64,000 nt of DNA from Cenarchaeum sp. (GCA_965206845.1 OZ242221.1:1024001-1088000), one strand, 5' to 3'; counted from the first letter of the stretch, positions 9,791 to 20,869 are shown. Made by a program: numbers and translations. The notes: generated by a model not told the origin, from the sequence alone.

Positions 9791-11211
9791 GCTTCCTTCT
9801 CTGTTATGGACGAGAACGGCGCAAGGACGAGCTCCGTCCTTCCGTCCAGCCCGGGCTTGGCGTTTGCTCCCGCGACAGACACGATCTGGCCCGCCTTCAG
9901 GCCGGCTATGGGTCCTGCCAGGTTGCGCCATCCCTTTACCCAGATCTGGCCCGTGTCGTCCTCCACAAACATCTCTCCCAGCTGGACCACATCCCCTCTC
10001 TTTGTGGATATGTCCCGGATCTCCGGGCTCTTCAGGATTATGGCCTCGATGCAGTATATCCCGCCGGGCCCGATGTCGCTCACCTTGGTGCGCAGGTCGG
10101 ATTTGGTGGGAATTTCGGGGTCGTCCTCCTTTTTGCTCACGTAGGACGAGTCGTTGAGGGTAATCGCGCTTCCAAATGACTTTGAGGGCATGCACGCCAG
10201 CACGTCGCCCTCCCCAAACCCCTCGGTCTGCCGTGAGGTGTCCTTCATGGTGTACATGTTCTTCTGCGCGTCGACCCCCAGAATCATGCAGTTTCCGGCC
10301 TCGTTCCTGTTTGATGATATGATCCTGACCCGAACCTCCTTGATCTCCTCGGAGCCGTCCATCTTGATCTCGGTGCCCTCGTTTCCATGGATCTCTAACT
10401 GTCCGTACCTTCCGCTCTTTGCCAGTACCCCAACCAGCTGGGCCTGGGCGTTGGGCGGAACCGACTGCGGTATGCTGGACTCGTCCTTTCCCCACAGAAT
10501 TACCTGAACCGATTCCCCGCTTGCCCCCTTGAGCCTCATCTTAAGCGCCTTTCTGGGCTGCCCCTGCGGGCCTGAAAACTCCATGACCGTCAGCAGGTCG
10601 ACCGTTCCCTTTACCACCAGGTCCTTCTGTCCGTCCGCCACCCCGCTGACATCCACCGCGATTGCCCCTATGTCCGGGATGTCGCTGCTCTCGTGCAGCC
10701 GCTCCACTGACGAGCTGGAGCCGATGTTGATCGCGACCGTGCCGTTCAGGTCCGTCTTTGTGTACGCCTTTGTTATTCTGATCAGATCGCCCGGCTTGAG
10801 GTCGTTGAGTCCGGGCATGTTTGCCTTCTCGTCCCATATCTTTACGCTGGCGGTGGCGTCGCCGTCGTAGACTGCCATGGTCCTTAGCAGCAGCGACGAG
10901 CCGTCCTTTTTCGTGAGGTGCCGCGTGGGCGCCAAGCTGAGCATCTTGACCTTCAGCGAGATCTCGTTTGCCCCGGCAAAGAGATCCTTCAGGCCCACCT
11001 CGGCCTCAACGGGCCCGCCCAGGGGTATCCCAAGATCCGAGGCCACCAGAAAGACGGCCCCCTGGTCGGTGAGGTATCCCGCGCCGATCTTCTCCTTCTT
11101 TTGCCTGATCCGCTCGTCAAGCTCAGCGCGGGACAGATCCGGCCGCTGGCTGAGCAGATTTTTTATGAGTGACTCCAGTTCTGACAATTGTGATAGCTTG
11201 CGCCGATGCAT
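9787..11211 (-). CDS. rpa: Multi-OB-fold single-stranded DNA-binding protein (RPA-like)
   Basis: GYLTDQGAVFLVASDLG N-terminus; repeated OB-fold motifs (D.TG.I....W); start uncertain. Confidence 0.8.
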   Translation of the reverse strand: MHRRKLSQLSELESLIKNLLSQRPDLSRAELDERIRQKKEKIGAGYLTDQGAVFLVASDLGIPLGGPVEAEVGLKDLFAGANEISLKVKMLSLAPTRHLTKKDGSSLLLRTMAVYDGDATASVKIWDEKANMPGLNDLKPGDLIRITKAYTKTDLNGTVAINIGSSSSVERLHESSDIPDIGAIAVDVSGVADGQKDLVVKGTVDLLTVMEFSGPQGQPRKALKMRLKGASGESVQVILWGKDESSIPQSVPPNAQAQLVGVLAKSGRYGQLEIHGNEGTEIKMDGSEEIKEVRVRIISSNRNEAGNCMILGVDAQKNMYTMKDTSRQTEGFGEGDVLACMPSKSFGSAITLNDSSYVSKKEDDPEIPTKSDLRTKVSDIGPGGIYCIEAIILKSPEIRDISTKRGDVVQLGEMFVEDDTGQIWVKGWRNLAGPIAGLKAGQIVSVAGANAKPGLDGRTELVLAPFSSITEKEA

Positions 11212-11243
11212 TAATAAAATTTCACTTTGTTCAATAAGGATCC

Positions 11244-12188
11244 ATGCCCTTGTCTATCACGGCAAAATCACTCTCAAAGTCCTACGGATCGATAGCTGCC
11301 GTGGACGGGATTGACCTGTCGGTAAAGCAGGGCCACATCTTCGGGTTTCTGGGGCCCAACGGCGCCGGCAAGTCCACCACCATCAAGATGCTGACCACGC
11401 TGATCGCCCCCTCCTCGGGCAGCCTGCATGTCCTGGGAATCGATGCGCAAGCGGATCCCATGGGGATCAGGCGGAGGATAGGCGTGGTGCTGCAGCAGCC
11501 CAGCTACGAACCGTCGCTGTCAGTGGAACGGTCCCTTGACGTCTACGGGATGATGTGGGACGTTCCCAAGAAGGTTCGCCAGAAGAGGGTACCAGAACTG
11601 CTGGCCGAGTTTGGCCTGCAGGATCTCAAAAGAAGAAACATGGACGATCTCTCCATCGGCCAGCAGCGGAGGGTCCAGGTCGCCAGGGAGTTTATGCATG
11701 ATATGGACCTGCTCTTTCTTGACGAGCCCACCGTGGGACTGGATCCGCATGCCCGCCGCGACCTGCTTGAGTACCTGAAGGCCAAGGCCAGGGCCGGCCT
11801 GACGATCCTGTACACGACCCACGTGCTATCCGAGGCCGAGTACATCTGCGACGAGATCGCCATCATAAACAGGGGCAAGATAGTCGCTCTCAGCACCCCC
11901 GCCGAGCTGAAGAAGAAGTTTGGCAAGCAGAAGACCATGGTGATCCACCTCTCATATCCGGAGACGCGCCTGCCCCGGTTGCTCCTAGACGTGGCTGGCT
12001 GCAGGGTCGACCTTAACTCGGGCACCGATGTCACAATCTCCTCTGGCGATCCCGAGGAGACGTTGCTCCAGATCCTGGATATCCTGCACACGCACGACAT
12101 CTCCCTAGAGGAGCTGTCCGTGGAGTCGACCAGCCTGGAGGACATATTCCTGAAGGTAATAGGAGAGCCTGATGCACCAGCTTGCTAG
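11244..12188 (+). CDS. ABC exporter ATP-binding subunit (DrrA-like)
   Basis: GPNGAGKST, LSIGQ, LFLDEPTVGLD. Confidence 0.9.
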   Translation: MPLSITAKSLSKSYGSIAAVDGIDLSVKQGHIFGFLGPNGAGKSTTIKMLTTLIAPSSGSLHVLGIDAQADPMGIRRRIGVVLQQPSYEPSLSVERSLDVYGMMWDVPKKVRQKRVPELLAEFGLQDLKRRNMDDLSIGQQRRVQVAREFMHDMDLLFLDEPTVGLDPHARRDLLEYLKAKARAGLTILYTTHVLSEAEYICDEIAIINRGKIVALSTPAELKKKFGKQKTMVIHLSYPETRLPRLLLDVAGCRVDLNSGTDVTISSGDPEETLLQILDILHTHDISLEELSVESTSLEDIFLKVIGEPDAPAC

Positions 12189-12933
12189 GCTCGTAGTCCG
12201 CAACCTCACGGTGTCCCTGAACCCGGGATTTCTGGTATGGCAGGTGATATTTCCCGTAATCTACATCTTTGTCGCGGGCTTTGCATACACGGCTCTCATA
12301 GACGACGTGCAGCTGGCAGGCATGTCGGTGGACTACCCGGCGTTTCTTGCCACGGGCATGATCGGCTTTACCATCATGAACAGCACCATGATCTCCGGCA
12401 TAATCATATGGAACGATCGCCGGAACGGGATGTTCGAGCAGATCCTGTCGGGGCCGTTCAACAGGACCCACTACATCCTCGGCAACGTGGTCACCATCGG
12501 AATCGTGGGGCTGGTGAGTGGGGGCCTCATACTGCTGGTGGGCCTGCCAGTCTTTTTCGAATCTGCCAGCTTTGACATTCTCACCTTCCCGCTGCTTGTC
12601 TTCTGCGCGGTCACCGGATCGCTGCTCTTTGGCTCCATCGCCTCGATCATCTCCACGCGCCTCAAGTCCAGCGAGGGGTTCAACGTGCTGCTCAATACGG
12701 TCTTTCTCTTCTTTGCGTTTGTAAGCACGGCGTTCTACCCTGCCGAGGGGGCCCCCGAACCGCTGGCCACCATATTCTACCTCAACCCGCTTACATACCT
12801 GGTGGATATAATCCGGGCCGGCATCTTCGGGATCATAACGGACACCACGTTGCTGGAGATGGCAGCCATATTGGTGGCCGCCCTGGCCCTCTTTGGCGTG
12901 GCCACCCGGCTTCTCACAAAACTCGACTTCTAG
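12172..12933 (+). CDS. ABC-2 type permease
   Basis: Six TM segments, FYP...LNPLTY motif, overlaps ATPase. Confidence 0.88.
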   Translation: MHQLARLVVRNLTVSLNPGFLVWQVIFPVIYIFVAGFAYTALIDDVQLAGMSVDYPAFLATGMIGFTIMNSTMISGIIIWNDRRNGMFEQILSGPFNRTHYILGNVVTIGIVGLVSGGLILLVGLPVFFESASFDILTFPLLVFCAVTGSLLFGSIASIISTRLKSSEGFNVLLNTVFLFFAFVSTAFYPAEGAPEPLATIFYLNPLTYLVDIIRAGIFGIITDTTLLEMAAILVAALALFGVATRLLTKLDF

Positions 12934-13001
12934 CGGGCCGGGAGCGCAGCCGACCTGCTCGGCTGGGATGCGTCCGCGGACTCCCCTGCCATAAGGGATG
13001 A

Positions 13002-13074
13002 TAGCCCGGCCCAGATTCGAACTGGGGTCGAGGGCTCCAAAGGCCCCCATGCTTAACCTCTACACTACCGGGCT
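13002..13074 (-). tRNA. tRNA-Gln(UUG)
   Basis: AGCCCGG acceptor stem, anticodon loop CTTTGGA, TTCGAAT T-loop. Confidence 0.95.
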
Positions 13075-13227
13075 TCTGAGCAAAAACACCGCTCTCCCTT
13101 AATGATATTTTCTATTTGGCCGCGCCCTCGGCACGGCCTGCGGCGCCCGTGCATTCCGCCCTGACCGATCAGGCGCGCAACCGGCCGGGATCCGGCGCCC
13201 CGTACGTCCGGGGGCCGCACCTCCTAA

Positions 13228-14151
13228 CTACTCCAGAGACAACAGGTCCATGGCCTGCTGCAGTGCGTCGAAGGGATCCTCCATCCGGGACACGATCCTC
13301 TCGGCCCGCCTCCTGTTTGATGTCCCCACCATCTCCCTTGCGGCGCAGGCTATGTCCCGGGGCCGGGTCTCGCGCCTTATCAGGCGTCTTCCTGTCAGGT
13401 ACTCCCCCACCGCATCCGGGGCCGTGCCATAGGAGATGACAGGCACCCCCAGAAGCGCCGCCCGGGCGACCATCTCCACATCCTCTGCGACAAATACCGA
13501 GGCTCCTTCGTATGGCGCCCAGGCAGTGTCCTGGCCGCCGGAGACCGTCAACATGTCGCGCGGGAACTCGTCTTGCAGCGCCTCGGTGGCGGCGGCGCCC
13601 TGCGGGGTTCCGGTGTCTGCCTGAACCACGACCGTCACTTCGTGTGGCGCCTTGGGGTCTGCCGCCTGCCGGGAGGCAAAGGCGGCGGCGATGCCACGGT
13701 ATGGGATCACGTCGGCTCCGCCGACCCCGTACCTAGTAAAGACCCCCTTGGGAATGATCCAGGGGATCAGCAGCTTTTGCACCAAGGGCACGACCATCCT
13801 CAGCGACCTCACCTCGCGCTCGCAAAACGAGACATGCCTCACCCCCAAGCCAAAGGCCATCCGGGCGGCCTCGACTGAGGCGCAGCTGACTGTCAGATCC
13901 GGCGCAAAGTCCCTCACAGTAGGAAACAGCGCCTTCATCCTCTCGGTGCTTGCCCGGAGCCACTCAAAGCGGTCCGTCCCGCCGCACCTGCCTGCGCTCT
14001 TCAGCCCGAGACTGCAGGCATCTCCCAGTGCGTCTATTCCGTCGTGCTCTGGTGATGTGCAGAGCACCTGGTGGTTTCTGCGCAGCCTGCCCGCTATGTG
14101 CTCAAAGAAGAGCAGCTGTCCGGGCGTCAGTATGTCGCACCATATCCTCAA
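13228..14151 (-). CDS. DUF354-family glycosyltransferase-like protein
   Basis: (M)RIWCDILTPGQLLFF N-terminus, AALLGVPVISY, MEDP C-terminus; TTG start inferred. Confidence 0.75.
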   Translation of the reverse strand: MRIWCDILTPGQLLFFEHIAGRLRRNHQVLCTSPEHDGIDALGDACSLGLKSAGRCGGTDRFEWLRASTERMKALFPTVRDFAPDLTVSCASVEAARMAFGLGVRHVSFCEREVRSLRMVVPLVQKLLIPWIIPKGVFTRYGVGGADVIPYRGIAAAFASRQAADPKAPHEVTVVVQADTGTPQGAAATEALQDEFPRDMLTVSGGQDTAWAPYEGASVFVAEDVEMVARAALLGVPVISYGTAPDAVGEYLTGRRLIRRETRPRDIACAAREMVGTSNRRRAERIVSRMEDPFDALQQAMDLLSLE

Positions 14152-14212
14152 GATGTCTCGGTAAAACCCGACACTCAATAAGTTTTTCTTAGTCGCGTTT
14201 GCTACATCTGTC

Positions 14213-15352
14213 ATGGCAGCAAAACACGTGGTGACCGTATACGGGCTCAGCACGGAGGGGTACGCCATGGCGCGCCAGATGGCAGCCGGAGGCGCCCGCG
14301 TCTACATCGTCGACGAGGCGACGTCATCGGCCATATCCCTCGAGTCTGAGATCGCCAGGACCTACCCCAACGTGCTGTCCCTGAGGGAGGACGAGCCGCT
14401 GCTGACAGTCGAGTCGACACAGGCGGCCATCTCAAAGTCCCAGTATCTCTTCTTTGCTCCCACGGTCAGAAAGACCGGCCAGGACATCAAGACCGAGATC
14501 CAGTCAAAGTTCAGGGATGCCATCACGCCCATGAAGAAGGGAGGCTCCGTGGTCAACCACCTGCCTGTCGGGTTTGGGGGCAGCGGCGAGGCCATCTCCC
14601 TGCTGGAGTACGTCACCGGGTTTGTGGTGGGCGAGTCCGTCTCGTACTACCACTATCCCATATCCGGCCAGAGGCGGCCAAATGTGATCGGCTCCTTTGA
14701 CGGGATGGAGGATGCCGTGCTGGCAGGACTGCTGGCAGACGACAGGCCGCAGAGGCCGTTTGTCAACCTCAACTCGTCAGAGTACCTTCACTCGATGGAC
14801 GTGCTCTCGCGGTTCTCAAGGACAAGCAGCACCATCGAGATCTGCAAGCTTGCCCGCGACAGCGCCACAATGGACTGCCTCCTGTCGACTGACCTGAAGG
14901 ACCTCTATCTTGACGATATGATAAGCGGGCTGTACGACCTGCGCTTTTTGGGGGCCTCCTTTGAGGGCGTGAGCACCATCATGTACCTTATCAACGGCGC
15001 CTCGAAGGGAATCGACGGGTACATCAAGCGCCTGGTGGATGTGGTAAAGGGCATACTCAAGAGGAACAACCTCAAGGCAAGCAGGGCCAAGCTGCTGCTG
15101 CTGTGGACCCTGGACCAGGACTGCATGATGGGCGACAAGATGGAGGTGCGCCAGAACCTTGCCTCCCGCCTGCGGGACTATGTCGGGGACATAAGCATGC
15201 AGAAGGCGGCCGACTTTGATCTGTTCCACAGCGACAAGACCACCATCGTGGTCTCCTGCACAAAGCCAGACTTTGAGAACGTCCTCAAGTACAGATCCGA
15301 GAGCAACCTGATACTTGTAAAGGCAAACCCGCTGTACGAGACCATACAATAA
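14213..15352 (+). CDS. Degenerate nucleotide-sugar dehydrogenase-like protein
   Basis: Rossmann-like N-terminus (VYGLSTEGY) lacking canonical GxGxxG; divergent from DUF354 gene. Confidence 0.55.
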   Translation: MAAKHVVTVYGLSTEGYAMARQMAAGGARVYIVDEATSSAISLESEIARTYPNVLSLREDEPLLTVESTQAAISKSQYLFFAPTVRKTGQDIKTEIQSKFRDAITPMKKGGSVVNHLPVGFGGSGEAISLLEYVTGFVVGESVSYYHYPISGQRRPNVIGSFDGMEDAVLAGLLADDRPQRPFVNLNSSEYLHSMDVLSRFSRTSSTIEICKLARDSATMDCLLSTDLKDLYLDDMISGLYDLRFLGASFEGVSTIMYLINGASKGIDGYIKRLVDVVKGILKRNNLKASRAKLLLLWTLDQDCMMGDKMEVRQNLASRLRDYVGDISMQKAADFDLFHSDKTTIVVSCTKPDFENVLKYRSESNLILVKANPLYETIQ

Positions 15353-15385
15353 AAATAAAATTAGCCCGGCGGCGCCCATGTAGTA

Positions 15386-15928
15386 TTGCCAGATGACATA
15401 CCCGACGAGGTTCCGGTGGAGATAAAAGGCACCCAGGAGACGGCTGCCGCAGAGCCCGATCCGGAGCCGCAGAATCCCGCGGCGCTCCTTGAGGAGGAGA
15501 GGCGCAGATCCGCACACTATGAGGACCAGTTCAAGAGGGCCTTGGCCGACTTCCAGAACTTGAGGCGCAAGATCCACGAGGACATCGAGAGCGAGGTCAG
15601 CCGCAGGTTTGACAGGTTCATGCTGGACCTGCTTGAGATCTTTGACGACTTTGAGAGGGCCCGGGACACATACAGGGAGAACCAAGCGGATACCTCGGGG
15701 CTTGACTCGATCATAAAGAACACCGGCGCGCTGCTCTCCAGGTACCGTGTCGTTCCCATACCTGCCGTTGGAATGCGGTTTGATCCAAACCTGCACGAGG
15801 CGGTATCCTTCTCTGATGATGCCGATGCCAAGGAGGATACGGTAACCAGGGAGCTCCGCAGGGGGTACACCTCCGGTGATAGGCTTATTAGACCGACGCT
15901 GGTAGAAATATCCAGAAAATCAGAATAA
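15386..15928 (+). CDS. grpE: Nucleotide exchange factor GrpE
   Basis: RALADFQNLRRK, FDPNLHEAV, GY...RLIRP. Confidence 0.95.
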   Translation: MPDDIPDEVPVEIKGTQETAAAEPDPEPQNPAALLEEERRRSAHYEDQFKRALADFQNLRRKIHEDIESEVSRRFDRFMLDLLEIFDDFERARDTYRENQADTSGLDSIIKNTGALLSRYRVVPIPAVGMRFDPNLHEAVSFSDDADAKEDTVTRELRRGYTSGDRLIRPTLVEISRKSE

Positions 15929-15940
15929 TGTGATGTTAAA

Positions 15941-17827
15941 ATGGCTAAAGTAATTGGAATTGATCTTGGAACAAGCAATTCTGCGGCTGCAGTGATGATG
16001 GGGGGCAAGCCCACCATAATCCCTGCCGCCGAGGGGGCCACCGTGGGCGGCAAGGCGTTCCCGTCAGTGGTCGCGTTTGCAAAGAACGGCGATCTCCTGG
16101 TCGGCGAGCCCGCAAGAAGGCAGGCCGTCACCAACCCCAACAACACGATAGTCGCGGCCAAGCGAAAGATGGGCACCGATCACACCTTTGCCGTGGGGGA
16201 CAAGAGCTACAAGCCCCAGCAGATATCGGCCTTTATCCTGCAGAAGATAAAAAAAGACGCCGAGGCCTTTACGGGGGATGCGGTGGCCAAGGCCGTAATC
16301 ACGGTTCCCGCCTACTTTGATGACAACCAGAGGCAGGCCACAAAGGATGCCGGAACCATTGCCGGGCTGGATGTGGTGAGGATCATCAACGAGCCCACCG
16401 CCGCCTCGCTGGCGTTTGGCCTGGACAAGGCAAAGCAGGACATGAAGATTCTCGTCTTTGACTTTGGGGGCGGCACCTTGGACGTCACCATAATGGACAT
16501 GGGCGGCGGGGTCTTTGAGGTGATGAGCACGTCGGGGGACACGCAGCTTGGAGGCACCGACATGGACAAGACCATCATCGATTACGTTGCGGACGAGTTC
16601 AGGAAGAAGGAGGGGGTCGACCTAACCTCTGACAGCACGGCGATGACCCGGATTCGGGAGGCCGCAGAGAGGGCAAAGATCGAGCTGTCGACTGTCATGG
16701 AGACCGACATCAACCTTCCGTTCATCTCGCATGATCCCTCTGCGGGGCCAAAGAACCTGGAGCAGCGCATGAGCCGCGCAAAGCTGGAGGAGCTGATACG
16801 GCCTATAGTGGAGAAGACGCGCATCTCAATCGAGAAGGCGCTGGAGGACGCCAAGCTGACGACCGCGGACATATCCAAGATCGTGCTGGTCGGCGGTCCC
16901 ACCAGGATGCCGCTGGTAAAAAAATTCGTGGGGTCGGTCGTGAGCCGGGAGCCCGAGTCCGGCGTGGATCCCATGGAGGCAGTGGCTCTGGGCGCCGCCA
17001 TACAGGCGGGAATCATTGCCGGTGACGTGGCAAGCGACATAGTGCTGCTGGACGTAACCCCGCTCACGCTGGGAATCGAGACACTGGGGGGAGTCCGGGA
17101 GCCACTCATTGAGAGAAACACGACGATTCCGACCTCCAAGGGCAAGGTCTTTACCACCGCGGCAGACAACCAGACCGCGGTCACGATACACGTGGTGCAG
17201 GGGGAGCGGCCGATGGCTGCTGACAACGTGTCCCTGGGCAGCTTCAACCTCACAGACATACCGCCGGCGCCGCGCGGGGTGCCGCAGATCGAGGTCAAGT
17301 TTGACATCGACGCAAACGGGATAATCAACGTCACGGCAAAGGATCTAGGCACCCAGAAGGAGGCGAAGATCACAATCGAGTCCAGCACCAAACTCTCCGA
17401 GGGCGAGATCGAGAAGCTCAGGGAGGACGCAGAAAAGTTCGCAGAGGAGGACAAGAAGAAGAAGAAGGGCATTGATCTCAAGAACGAGGCGGAGAGCTTC
17501 ATCTACACCACCGAGAAGCTGATCAACCACGACCTGAAGGACAAGATCTCACAGGAGCAGGGAATCAAGATCACCGACACCATCAAGGAGGTGCGGGACG
17601 TGCTGGGCAGGGATCCGGATGTCCTGCGGCCGAAGCTGGACGCGCTAAAGGCGGCGGTAAACGAGATAACCACGGAGCTGTACAAGAACGTGCAGGCCCA
17701 GGCACAGCAGGATGCAGGAGCGGCCCAGCAGGAACCACAAGACGGCCCATCGCCACAGGAACCGCAAGACGATTCGTCGCCGCAGCAGGAACCTCCAAAA
17801 GATGACGCAACCAAATCCAACATATAA
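15941..17827 (+). CDS. dnaK: Hsp70 chaperone DnaK
   Basis: [28 protein letters not shown]; Q/P-rich repetitive tail. Confidence 0.98.
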   Translation: MAKVIGIDLGTSNSAAAVMMGGKPTIIPAAEGATVGGKAFPSVVAFAKNGDLLVGEPARRQAVTNPNNTIVAAKRKMGTDHTFAVGDKSYKPQQISAFILQKIKKDAEAFTGDAVAKAVITVPAYFDDNQRQATKDAGTIAGLDVVRIINEPTAASLAFGLDKAKQDMKILVFDFGGGTLDVTIMDMGGGVFEVMSTSGDTQLGGTDMDKTIIDYVADEFRKKEGVDLTSDSTAMTRIREAAERAKIELSTVMETDINLPFISHDPSAGPKNLEQRMSRAKLEELIRPIVEKTRISIEKALEDAKLTTADISKIVLVGGPTRMPLVKKFVGSVVSREPESGVDPMEAVALGAAIQAGIIAGDVASDIVLLDVTPLTLGIETLGGVREPLIERNTTIPTSKGKVFTTAADNQTAVTIHVVQGERPMAADNVSLGSFNLTDIPPAPRGVPQIEVKFDIDANGIINVTAKDLGTQKEAKITIESSTKLSEGEIEKLREDAEKFAEEDKKKKKGIDLKNEAESFIYTTEKLINHDLKDKISQEQGIKITDTIKEVRDVLGRDPDVLRPKLDALKAAVNEITTELYKNVQAQAQQDAGAAQQEPQDGPSPQEPQDDSSPQQEPPKDDATKSNI

Positions 17828-17855
17828 CCATCCTTTGGGCAATACGTGGTAGCAC

Positions 17856-18938
17856 ATGAGCGCAAAAAGAGACTATTACGAGGTTCTGGGGGTGTCAAAG
17901 TCATCCCCTACTGATGAGATCAAGTCGCAGTACAGGAAGATGGCCCTCAAGTTCCACCCCGACAGGAACAAGTCAGCCGATGCCGTCGAGCACTTCAAGG
18001 AGATATCTGAGGCATATGCGGTCCTCTCAGACCCCGGCAAGAAGAAGCTGTACGACCAGTACGGGCACGAGGGGGTGGACGGCAAGTACAGCAGGGAGGA
18101 CATCTTCCAGGGCGCCAGGGGGAACTTTAGCGACGTGTTCGGTGATATGTTTGGCCAGCGCGGGGGATCCGGCGGCATATTCGACTCGATCTTCGGCGGG
18201 GGTTTTGGCGGGTTTGAGCGGCAGAGGGGAGAGGACCTGCTCTGCCACGTGTCCGTGTCCCTGGCAGATGTCCTGCGCGGCAAGCGGATCACGGTCGGCC
18301 TGAAGACGAACATGCCGTGCGTCACCTGCAGCGGCTCGGGGTGCTACCCGGGCACATCCAAGAGACGCTGCGACACATGCAGGGGAAACGGCCAGGTGAG
18401 GGTACAGAGGAACATGGGCTTTACGGCCTTTGTGACCGTGCAGCCGTGCAGCAGGTGCCGGGGGGCCGGGCACACGATCGAGAGACCCTGCAAGGACTGC
18501 AGGGGAAACGGGGTAAAGAAGGGAACAAAGCAGGTGAGCTTTGATCTGCCCCAGGGGGTAGACAACGGCGAGTACACTCTGCAGGGCCAGGGCGGCGCGA
18601 TGCCCGGAGGTACAAGCGGCAACCTTACGGTCAGGGTCAGGGTGGAGCCGCACCCGCACTTCAAGAGGGACGGCCGCGACATCTTTTACGACGAGAAGGT
18701 CTCCATTGTGGACGCCACGCTCGGCAAAGAGGTGGCGGTTCCCACGCTGGACGGCAGGGAGAGGATCAAGATCAAGTCCGGCAGCCAGCCCAACACGATC
18801 ATCAAGCTGTCGGGAAAGGGCGTCAGGCACATAAACGCCCGGGGCCGGGGAGACCAGTACGTGCGGCTCGTGGTGGAGATCCCAACCAGGCTGTCCAAGA
18901 ACCAGAAGCGCCTGCTTGAAGAGTTTGAGGGCGCCTGA
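17856..18938 (+). CDS. dnaJ: Chaperone DnaJ
   Basis: J domain HPD, four CxxCxGxG repeats. Confidence 0.97.
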   Translation: MSAKRDYYEVLGVSKSSPTDEIKSQYRKMALKFHPDRNKSADAVEHFKEISEAYAVLSDPGKKKLYDQYGHEGVDGKYSREDIFQGARGNFSDVFGDMFGQRGGSGGIFDSIFGGGFGGFERQRGEDLLCHVSVSLADVLRGKRITVGLKTNMPCVTCSGSGCYPGTSKRRCDTCRGNGQVRVQRNMGFTAFVTVQPCSRCRGAGHTIERPCKDCRGNGVKKGTKQVSFDLPQGVDNGEYTLQGQGGAMPGGTSGNLTVRVRVEPHPHFKRDGRDIFYDEKVSIVDATLGKEVAVPTLDGRERIKIKSGSQPNTIIKLSGKGVRHINARGRGDQYVRLVVEIPTRLSKNQKRLLEEFEGA

Positions 18939-18941
18939 ATT

Positions 18942-19103
18942 CTACGCCTTGACTGTGCGCATCACCAGCACGTGGCCGTCCCTGATGTGGCGGGCATGGC
19001 TGGCCTGGGTGACCTCCCACAGCCTGCTGTCGGTGTAGTACTTGGCGTTGTATGTGCCAAGGGCCTTGCGACAGTTGCTACAGTAGATCTCCATGTACGG
19101 CAT
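18942..19103 (-). CDS. Small Zn-binding hypothetical protein
   Basis: MPYMEIYCSNCRK...H..H...GH. Confidence 0.6.
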   Translation of the reverse strand: MPYMEIYCSNCRKALGTYNAKYYTDSRLWEVTQASHARHIRDGHVLVMRTVKA

Positions 19104-19231
19104 TGTGTAAGTATCACGATCCCGTGCATCCAAAAAAAGCTTGTGCGCGCCGGACGGAGGACGTGTGAGTGGCGGGGCTTGCGGGCACCGAACCGGGGGT
19201 CGTTATGGCCCGGACTGCAATATGGCCAAGG

Positions 19232-19534
19232 TCATACCATCCTTACGCGGTATACCGGCCGCCCGGCCGATTCGTCCTTGTCATATATCATTATGTGAAC
19301 CGCCCCTGCGTTCTGCTCTTCCAGTAGCGGGGCATATGCCTTTTTGTCGCTCGTCAACATGTCGCAACCGTTGGCCTTGCAGAACGATGCCAGCACCGAG
19401 TCGGAACTGCTTGCGTCTGGGTTTGGAGTTTCCCCGACATAGCGAATCTCGGAATAGTTCTCCTTGATCCGTGACTCGTTCCTCAAGGCCCATCCCTTTA
19501 GCTGGTAGTCTATCAGTACGCTGCCGCCCATCAA
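19232..19534 (-). CDS. PIN-like (DUF5615/VapC45-type) domain protein
   Basis: VLID...SSDSVLASFC...LTSDK pattern typical of PIN-like folds. Confidence 0.55.
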   Translation of the reverse strand: MMGGSVLIDYQLKGWALRNESRIKENYSEIRYVGETPNPDASSSDSVLASFCKANGCDMLTSDKKAYAPLLEEQNAGAVHIMIYDKDESAGRPVYRVRMV

Positions 19535-19555
19535 GCTGCGTTGGTGCAGGCCGCT

Positions 19556-19800
19556 ATTAGGTGTTGTGCGGAATTGACGCCAGCTTGATGTAGATGCACT
19601 GTCCTGCCAGGATGGGTATGCACATCACGCCGTCTGCAATTCTGTAGGCCTGGCTTTCCAGAACGATCCTGTCACTCTGCGTATGGGCATCCGGGATTTG
19701 GCCCCTCCTCTCCTGCCATCCTTGACTGCCTTGGCATGGCCAGGCTCAGGGGCATGGAAGGCCTGTCCCACACACTCGGACTGCACGACAGGCCTGTTCG
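19556..19800 (-). pseudogene. Possible frameshifted relic of an archaeal IS605-type TnpB N-terminal region
   Basis: Frames give ...KSR/PYAE/DRIVLESQAYRIADGVMCIPILAGQCIYIKL, resembling archaeal TnpB WED segment; broken frame. Confidence 0.3.
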
Positions 19801-19864
19801 GTCTTTTCAGGTTGGCCCGTTGCGCATGAATTATCATATATAGTCTAAAACCCGTACAGGGTGC

Positions 19865-20038
19865 ATGGATGCAAGGTGCCCAGAATGCGAAAGGGTGGCG
19901 GTACTTGACGACGAGATCACGCGGGTCCGGTGCCCCCACTGCGGCTTTGAGTCAGACTATGACGCATACATCGAGACCATGAAGGAGCAGGCAGTCAACA
20001 TGGCGACAGACTACATCCCGGACAGATCCGGGCTATAG
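19865..20038 (+). CDS. Small zinc-ribbon protein (57 aa; not in ORF track)
   Basis: MDARCPECERVAVLDDEITRVRCPHCGFESDY...; TATA ~25 nt upstream. Confidence 0.75.
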   Translation: MDARCPECERVAVLDDEITRVRCPHCGFESDYDAYIETMKEQAVNMATDYIPDRSGL

Positions 20039-20168
20039 TCGCCCAAAGGCCGCCCGTCGCAGTCCGGCCGGTTCCAGGCCCGCACGCCCGCAGACCGGGT
20101 GCTCATGCGCCCTTGGACATATCCGACACAACCTAAAATTGATTAATGGCAACCGGTCATTCCATGGC

Positions 20169-20447
20169 ATGGACAAGCAGCGCACACACCTGTTCGTATC
20201 CGGCCGTGTCCAGGGCGTGTTCTTCAGGCAGGCGCTCAAGGTAGTGGCAAGAAAGAACAAGGTGTGCGGCTGGGTCCGCAACCTCCGGGACGGCCGGGTG
20301 GAGGCGGTCATCGAGGGCGACGGCATGAGCGTCAGCTATGTGGTGGAATGGTGCCACGCCGGCCCGGCACACGCCAACGTTGACGATCTGAATATTAAAA
20401 ACGAAGAGTACACCGGCGAGTACTCAAACTTTGAAGTGCTGTACTAG
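20169..20447 (+). CDS. acyP: Acylphosphatase
   Basis: VSGRVQGVFFR, GWVRNLRDGRVEA. Confidence 0.95.
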   Translation: MDKQRTHLFVSGRVQGVFFRQALKVVARKNKVCGWVRNLRDGRVEAVIEGDGMSVSYVVEWCHAGPAHANVDDLNIKNEEYTGEYSNFEVLY

Positions 20448-20554
20448 GGCGAGGCCGCCCCGCCGTACCTGTGCAAGATCTGCCACACCGGCACAAGAAA
20501 CCGGCCCGGACACACACCCGTGCCCGAACCGGAGCGCCTGATCCCGTACCGGTA

Positions 20555-20869
20555 CTAGCGAATAGACGAAAACGCCGTCCGGATGAGCTCCTTGGCATCC
20601 TCCAGCTGCTGACCGCTTCGGATCTCCACCGTCGCCGCCGGCTCCCTTCTGTCCCTCTGGATCTTGAGCAGTATCGAATCCACAGTGGGCTCTGCATCGG
20701 CAAACCACCTAAAGGAGATGGACTTGCCCCACACCACGCGGTGCATGCGCACATCCTCCGTCACCCGTCCCTCCAGGGACAGGCAGTACTCCCTCAGCGC
20801 GTCAAAGTGATCCCGCACGCCGTGTGGAATCTGCTGCCTAAAGTCTTCGTAGCTGCGCCCACCGTACAT
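20555..20869 (-). CDS. DUF5655-like hypothetical protein
   Basis: 104-aa ORF with TATA upstream; fold guess only. Confidence 0.55.
   Translation of the reverse strand: MYGGRSYEDFRQQIPHGVRDHFDALREYCLSLEGRVTEDVRMHRVVWGKSISFRWFADAEPTVDSILLKIQRDRREPAATVEIRSGQQLEDAKELIRTAFSSIR

Noticed and set aside
17728-17805. Imperfect 27-30-bp repeats in the dnaK tail
   Set aside because: Ordinary low-complexity DnaK C-terminal linker
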